The notes beneath the pieces are model-generated. The model was not told the origin of the DNA. It made no database searches and was given only the letters and a program-made list of their open reading frames with translations. DNA of 58,634 nt from Pyrinomonadaceae bacterium. GTDB taxonomy: Bacteria; Acidobacteriota; Blastocatellia; Pyrinomonadales; Pyrinomonadaceae. The stretch is taken from the NCBI GenBank assembly GCA_041744555.1, contig JBGTKQ010000146.1:1-58634 (forward strand), in the 5' to 3' direction. A program made the position numbers and the translations under genes. Of this stretch, positions 53,821 through 58,634 are shown piece after piece (position 1 is the first letter of the stretch; every line of letters begins with the position of its first letter).

Positions 53821-54641
53821 ATGAACGCCGCAAGCCACCTGTTTGTATGACGATCGCCGGGCTCGATCCGTCTGGCGGGGCCGGAATTATTGCTGATATA
53901 AAAACGTTTTTCTCATTCGGGTGTTTCCCGACAGCGGCGATCGCTTCGATCACTTTTCAGAACACTGTCGGTGTCTTTGGGGCCGAATCGCAAACTGCGG
54001 CTTCAGTCCGGTCTCAGGCAGTGCCCGTAATCGAAGATCTTGGTATCGATTCCTTTAAAACGGGTATGCTGCCGACCCGCGAGATCATTCTCGAAACTGC
54101 AGAAATCGTTCGTGAATTTGAACTTAAAAACGTTGTCGTTGACCCGGTCGTGCGTTCTACTTCGGGTTTCGATCTGATCGATAGAGCCGCTTTGCACGGA
54201 CTGATCGAACATCTCTTTCCGGTTTCCGATATCGTCACACCGAACATTCAGGAAGCCGAGCGGATCACCGGTATTGCTATAGAAACGATCGAAGACATTC
54301 ATGCCGCCGCGGAATTGATGAAGAATTTTGGAGCGAAGAACATCTTGATCAAAGGCGGACATTTTTCACCTTCAAACTGTGATCGGAGCGACAGACCGGC
54401 GGTCGATTTTCTCTTTTTGGATGGTATGCTTCACACATTCGAATCTCCGTTCATTGAAACGACTGCGACCCATGGAACGGGTTGCACGCTTGCTGCGGCG
54501 ATAGCGGCAAATCTGGCACTTGGAAAGGATCTTATTGAAGCGGTTAGAATTTCGAAAAAATTCGTTCATCGTGCGATCGAGACAGCACCGATGCTTGGAA
54601 AAGGGAATTCGCCAATAAACATCGAGGCTATTTCGCGATAG
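53817..54641 (+). CDS. thiD: Hydroxymethylpyrimidine/phosphomethylpyrimidine kinase
   Basis: IAGLDPSGGAGI, KTGML, GTGCTLAAAIAA. The ATGA overlap with thiE indicates coupling. Confidence 0.9.
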   Translation: MNERRKPPVCMTIAGLDPSGGAGIIADIKTFFSFGCFPTAAIASITFQNTVGVFGAESQTAASVRSQAVPVIEDLGIDSFKTGMLPTREIILETAEIVREFELKNVVVDPVVRSTSGFDLIDRAALHGLIEHLFPVSDIVTPNIQEAERITGIAIETIEDIHAAAELMKNFGAKNILIKGGHFSPSNCDRSDRPAVDFLFLDGMLHTFESPFIETTATHGTGCTLAAAIAANLALGKDLIEAVRISKKFVHRAIETAPMLGKGNSPINIEAISR

Positions 54642-55497
54642 GAAGAAAGCTTGGAGATTCGTAGGTCACGCCAAACGTAACGCCGGTTCGCGGGCTGAAA
54701 CGGGTAAGACCAAAGATCGCTGCTGTATCGAAGCGCAGGCCTGACGCTTTTATCTGAGCACCGATCCGGAAATTGCCGACGCTTTCAGTGCCTAAAGGAG
54801 CATCGCCCGACCGAGTATTAACGCGTCCGTTAACTTCGCTTGCAAGGTTGATCCTATCGGTTAGGCGAAAGATGCCGGCGAGTCCATAAAGCAAAACGTC
54901 GTTCTGCGTAAAACTATTGACCGGAGCGGTCATTATGCCAAGTCCAAGGTTTCCGTAAATGTTGGCACGAGCTGCTTTACCGGTAACTCGACCAAACCTT
55001 TTTTGAACTATGATCTTACTAAAGATGTTGATCTGATTCGTTCCAATACCCTTGGCCTGATCCGTATTCGGCATTTGATAACCGAATTTCATTCCGATCG
55101 CCGGAAGAGTTTTCGTCTCGTTGAACAGTTTGATCTTTGCCGAGATCGTGAAATCGTCAAAATCATTTGTCGAGTTTCCCGCAACTGTTAGGGGAATCGG
55201 CGACGAGCCCTGTGATCTGATCGCAAGGAAGTTTTGGAGCGTTCCTTCGATCTGAATTTCTACATTCGACGCAAAGCCCTGCCGAATTCGAATATCGCCA
55301 ACGCGGGTCAGATCACCCTTAAGACCCGACAGCGGAAATTTTGCGTTCTGCAAAAAATCGACCCCGACACCGAGTTCGATCGCACCGGTCGGCGTGATGT
55401 CAATATCGTCGGTGATCAACGGTCTCTGCTGCGCGGCAAGAGTTCCCGCGAAGGAAAGAAATAGGGCGAGAATTGCGGCAAACTTCGGCACTTTCAT
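54628..55497 (-). CDS. Outer-membrane beta-barrel protein (MetA-pathway/transporter-like family)
   Basis: Signal peptide MKVPKFAAILALFLSFAGTLAAQ starts at the internal ATG 55497. Alternating amphipathic strands throughout. The ORF-track start at 55668 would overlap the divergent gene. Confidence 0.6.
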   Translation of the reverse strand: MKVPKFAAILALFLSFAGTLAAQQRPLITDDIDITPTGAIELGVGVDFLQNAKFPLSGLKGDLTRVGDIRIRQGFASNVEIQIEGTLQNFLAIRSQGSSPIPLTVAGNSTNDFDDFTISAKIKLFNETKTLPAIGMKFGYQMPNTDQAKGIGTNQINIFSKIIVQKRFGRVTGKAARANIYGNLGLGIMTAPVNSFTQNDVLLYGLAGIFRLTDRINLASEVNGRVNTRSGDAPLGTESVGNFRIGAQIKASGLRFDTAAIFGLTRFSPRTGVTFGVTYESPSFLPIAK

Positions 55498-55647
55498 TAT
55501 TCTTGCATCAAGGCGTGTCTTTGTAAATCCTTTGTGCACATAAGGGTTACGCTTTTGGACAAACTTTTGAAAAGTTGGCAGAATCGAGGTTAGGTAAAGG
55601 TTCGCGTTTCTGAATTTTATATACGAGCCTGATGGAATTACGAAGTT

Positions 55648-56406
55648 GTGGAGATCGTGAACAAGCAAAAATCAGGCAGTGAACCGGCGGGCCTCAGGCT
55701 CGTCGATGAACTGAATGAGCTTCGGAAGTTCCCGTCGATCGAAAAGCAGTTCGTTAATTTTATGTTTTTTAGGGTGAATCCGGAATGGCGTCGGCTTGAC
55801 GATCAAACGAAGTTTGCCTTTAAGAGCGAATTTTGCGCCATCTACGAAGGCTTTCGTGACGATTTTCTTTTGTTCAGCTATTCGCTGGTTGGTTTTGATT
55901 CGAAAGCCGACCTAATGCTTTGGCGGGTTGGTCGGTCGATGGATAAGATCCAGGAAATGACCGCAAGCCTATTTCGAACAAAGCTTGGAAGCTATTTGGA
56001 AACGGCGGACAATTACATGGCCGTAACAAAGAAAATGATGTTCGTTGCGGATGGCGCGGAAGACAGATTTCATATAAAGGCCGGCGAACATGATTATCAT
56101 TTCCTTTATCCGTGCGCGAAACACCAGGACTGGTATGAAAAGCCGGCTGATGAACGAGATGCGTTGATCGAAGAAAATTTTATGATCGGCAAGCGGTTTC
56201 CGAACATTAGGATCCATTTAACCCATGCGTTCGGGTTCAGCGATCAGGCGTATTTGATATCCTTTGAAACAACGGAACCGAAGGATTTTCTTGCTTTGGC
56301 CGAAGAACTTAGGCAAACACCGGCGAGTAAATTTACGCTTCGCGGATTGCCGATCTACACATGCCGGAAGCGGATGTTGATGGAATGCCTTGACGCACTT
56401 GGCTAA
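55648..56406 (+). CDS. Chlorite-dismutase-family protein (HemQ/coproheme decarboxylase-like)
   Basis: About 250 aa with two ferredoxin-like halves. FVNFMFFRVNPEWRRL and YLISFETTEPKDF are typical of the Cld/HemQ family. GTG start. Confidence 0.7.
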   Translation: MEIVNKQKSGSEPAGLRLVDELNELRKFPSIEKQFVNFMFFRVNPEWRRLDDQTKFAFKSEFCAIYEGFRDDFLLFSYSLVGFDSKADLMLWRVGRSMDKIQEMTASLFRTKLGSYLETADNYMAVTKKMMFVADGAEDRFHIKAGEHDYHFLYPCAKHQDWYEKPADERDALIEENFMIGKRFPNIRIHLTHAFGFSDQAYLISFETTEPKDFLALAEELRQTPASKFTLRGLPIYTCRKRMLMECLDALG

Positions 56407-56411
56407 TTAGT

Positions 56412-56684
56412 ATGATCGCAAGAAGGCTTTTGATAAGCGGGATCGTCCAGGGCGTAGGGTTTAGATTTTTTGCACAGCGTTCGGCGGCGAGACATCAGGT
56501 TACTGGATTTATCAAGAATCTCGATGATGGAAGTGTTGAAGCGCTGATTCAAGGAACGGAGAAAACGGTATTAGCGATGCGAGATGATCTGGCAGCGGGG
56601 CCGCGCGATTCGCGCATCGACCAGATCCAAGAACTGGTCGTAGAACCAACGAAAGAGTATTCTTCGTTTCGCATCGAACGCTAA
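56412..56684 (+). CDS. Acylphosphatase
   Basis: 90 aa with the signature GIVQGVGFR. Confidence 0.9.
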   Translation: MIARRLLISGIVQGVGFRFFAQRSAARHQVTGFIKNLDDGSVEALIQGTEKTVLAMRDDLAAGPRDSRIDQIQELVVEPTKEYSSFRIER

Positions 56685-56709
56685 ATTCTTATAACACAGG
56701 GACATAATA

Positions 56710-57231
56710 ATGGACGAACTTAAAAAACTTATTCGCGAAGTGCCGGATTTTCCAAAACCGGGCATCAACTTTTACGACATTACTACATTGCTCAAAGATC
56801 CGACCGGTCTCGAAGAAACCATTGACGCGATGACCGAAGCTTGCCGCGGAATGGATATCGACACGGTGATCGGCATTGAATCTCGCGGGTTTATTTTCGG
56901 CACACCGCTCGCTTATCAGCTTGGCGTCGGCTTTATCCCGGTGCGAAAACCGACGAAGTTACCTGCGGAAAAGCTAAGCGTTTCGTATGATCTGGAATAT
57001 GGTCAGGATACGCTTGAGATGCACAAGGACGCTGTGAGCGAGGGGCACAATGTGCTCATCGTAGATGACCTGCTCGCGACCGGTGGAACGGCAAAAGCAG
57101 TTTGTGATCTTGTCGAATCAGCCGGAGGAAAGGTTGCAGGACTGCTTTTCGCCGTAGAATTAGACTTCCTCGGCGGCCGCCAAAAACTTAGCGGCCATAC
57201 GGTGAAGTCGTTGATCAATTACGACAAGTAG
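56710..57231 (+). CDS. apt: Adenine phosphoribosyltransferase
   Basis: [12 protein letters not shown] and the PRPP motif [13 protein letters not shown]. Confidence 0.93.
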   Translation: MDELKKLIREVPDFPKPGINFYDITTLLKDPTGLEETIDAMTEACRGMDIDTVIGIESRGFIFGTPLAYQLGVGFIPVRKPTKLPAEKLSVSYDLEYGQDTLEMHKDAVSEGHNVLIVDDLLATGGTAKAVCDLVESAGGKVAGLLFAVELDFLGGRQKLSGHTVKSLINYDK

Positions 57232-57372
57232 AATTTCGGATTTTTATCTCAGAACTGAAATCTCAAATTCGAAATTCGACATAAATAGTACAGGGTGAGA
57301 ATTGGGCTTTTAGGTCTTGTCAGGAACGAAAGTTTGTTCCTTTCAACCAGATCCGCAACCCTGTATCAATTC

Positions 57373-57449
57373 GGTCCCGTAGCTCAGCTGGATAGAGCGT
57401 TCGCCTCCTAAGTGAAAGGCCGGTGGTTCGAATCCACCCGGGACCACCA
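57373..57449 (+). tRNA. tRNA-Arg (anticodon CCT), CCA encoded
   Basis: Hand-folded cloverleaf. Acceptor GGTCCCG/CGGGACC, D-arm GCTC/GAGC, anticodon stem TTCGC/GTGAA, loop CTCCTAA (CCT at 57407-57409), T-arm GGTGG-TTCGAAT-CCACC, then discriminator A and CCA. Confidence 0.92.
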
Positions 57450-57599
57450 ATTTTTTCGCGTGAATTTTTTGGAATTCCTAGGCGAATGAACCTTTGTATT
57501 AAGTGAACGGAAGATATCGGTGACCAAGCACAGTGGCAAGCAAAAAGGCATGTCCTTGTTACGCCCTAATTCTATTCAGAGCTCCATTGTTTAGCAGAG

Positions 57600-57627
57600 A
57601 CCGCACCGCGGACCGGGTGCGGTTTTT
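57600..57627 (+). terminator. Rho-independent terminator about 150 nt downstream of the tRNA
   Basis: ACCGCACC (57600-57607) pairs with GGTGCGGT (57616-57623), with an 8-nt loop and a following TTTTT. Confidence 0.6.
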
Positions 57628-57735
57628 GTTGATTGGAGTACAGGCTTTGGTTAGTTTCTTTTAAGCTTCTAAGTTCATCCCAAATCAAAACGAAACATTT
57701 GAACTCTTTCGCATATAGTGGCAACTTAGAGTCGT

Positions 57736-58634
57736 ATGCAAAAGGTGCTGACAGCGGCTGAGATGCGGGAGGTCGATCGTTTGACGACCGAACGTTATGG
57801 CATTCCCTCGATCATACTGATGGAAAACGCCGCGCATGCCGTTGCTCGAGTCATAACCGAAAAACTTGGCGGCTCGGTCAAAGACAAGAGTGTTCTCATA
57901 CTCTGCGGCAAAGGTAACAACGGCGGTGACGGCGCGGCTCTGGCGAGACATCTCGGACTGGACGGAGCCTACGTGAATGTTGTTCTTTTAGGTCGCATTA
58001 GAGAAACCAAAGGTGACGTAAGAACGAATTTGGGTGTCCTGTGTCAAGAGGATTTCACGTATGACGATGTTTACACGAGCGAGTTTTGTCACCTTTGGGA
58101 AGTGACCTCGAAGGACGAATGGAATTCAATTCAAATCGAACTCTTCCACGGGCTTGATTTAATCGTTGACGCAGTTTTTGGAACGGGGCTAACAAGGCCG
58201 CTCGAAATCTGGACCTATAACATAATTCATGAGATCAATTTTCTAACCGACGACCATACAAGAAAGATACCGCTTCGTGTCGCTATAGACCTTCCTTCTG
58301 GCTTGAATGCTGATTCAGGCGAGCAGCTTGATATAGCATTGCAATCCGACCTTACGGTAACCTTCACCGCTCCGAAGCCAAGTAACGTGCTTCCAAGTGC
58401 CGCGTCTTTTAACGGTGAGCTTATCGTTAAGAAGATCGGTTCGCCGCAAGAACTGATCGACGAGCAGCCGTCTCAACTATTTTTGGCTGAGCGGGAAGAT
58501 GCCGCTGAATGGTTACGAGCGACTCGGTTTTCAGGTGATTCATACAAAAACAAACGCGGGCATGCTTTGTTGATTGCCGGGAGTGAGACGTTTTCGGGGG
58601 CGGCGGTTTTGGCGGCAAATGGAGCTGCGAGGTC
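57736..58634 (+). CDS. nnr: Bifunctional NAD(P)H-hydrate repair enzyme Nnr (YjeF_N epimerase + start of YjeF_C dehydratase), 3' end outside window
   Basis: It is absent from the ORF track because no stop falls within the window. I translated it by hand: MQKVLTAAEMREVDRLTTERYGIPSILLMENAAHAV...CGKGNNGGDG...KNKRGHALLIAGSETFSGAAVLAANGAAR. There are no in-frame stops to nt 58634. Confidence 0.88.
   Translation, partial: MQKVLTAAEMREVDRLTTERYGIPSIILMENAAHAVARVITEKLGGSVKDKSVLILCGKGNNGGDGAALARHLGLDGAYVNVVLLGRIRETKGDVRTNLGVLCQEDFTYDDVYTSEFCHLWEVTSKDEWNSIQIELFHGLDLIVDAVFGTGLTRPLEIWTYNIIHEINFLTDDHTRKIPLRVAIDLPSGLNADSGEQLDIALQSDLTVTFTAPKPSNVLPSAASFNGELIVKKIGSPQELIDEQPSQLFLAEREDAAEWLRATRFSGDSYKNKRGHALLIAGSETFSGAAVLAANGAAR

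Noticed and set aside
57232-57735. An integrative element or genomic island at the tRNA-Arg gene.
   Set aside because: There is no integrase, excisionase or phage gene on either side, and no visible direct repeat of the tRNA 3' end within the window. The flanking genes (apt, nnr) are housekeeping.
785-58634. Sigma54 (-24 GG / -12 GC) promoters for the NtrC-type regulator, searched in all intergenic regions.
   Set aside because: The only near-match, TGGTCTaatgcTGCT at about 35782, has the wrong spacing by one nucleotide. The TGGCAC occurrences are all intragenic and lack a correctly spaced TTGC.

Overview
This is a 58.6-kb chromosomal segment, most likely from an Acidobacteriota genome. The taxonomic markers are a VWFA protein of the acidobacterial TIGR03436 type and a TonB-dependent receptor fused to a CarboxypepD_reg domain. 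It is gene-dense, with about 46 CDS and one tRNA-Arg(CCT). I saw no rRNA, CRISPR array, transposase, integrase or prophage signal.

Layout:
- 1-4.3 kb: the 3' end of a P1B metal ATPase, then a DUF4198 / sigma54 response regulator / histidine kinase operon.
- 4.3-22.8 kb: a PUL-like uronate-polysaccharide utilisation locus. It holds GH105/88, KduI, an alginate-lyase-family protein, a LarA-like protein, a KdgF-like cupin, an unknown 628-aa secreted protein, a TonB receptor, ROK and LacI regulators, a hexuronate MFS transporter, an SDR, a CE7 esterase and a heparinase II/III-like lyase.
- 22.8-28.3 kb: housekeeping genes (HtrA, agmatinase, an RRM RNA-binding protein, PBP4).
- 28.3-38.7 kb: the most unusual region. 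Two paralogous about 930-aa proteins fuse an Fn3-like domain, a di-haem CCP/MauG domain, an Ig-like domain and six FG-GAP blades. They bracket an orphan Cys/His-rich secreted protein and a membrane polyferredoxin-TPR protein. I flag this as a candidate undescribed extracytoplasmic redox or protein-modification module.
- 38.7-58.6 kb: housekeeping genes (NrdJ, Hsp33, IspA, a VWFA protein, a Hcy-methyltransferase/MTHFR fusion, MutM, a TPR protein, ThiE/ThiD, a HemQ-like protein, Apt, tRNA-Arg, Nnr).

All domain calls come from motif recognition by eye. No searches were run.
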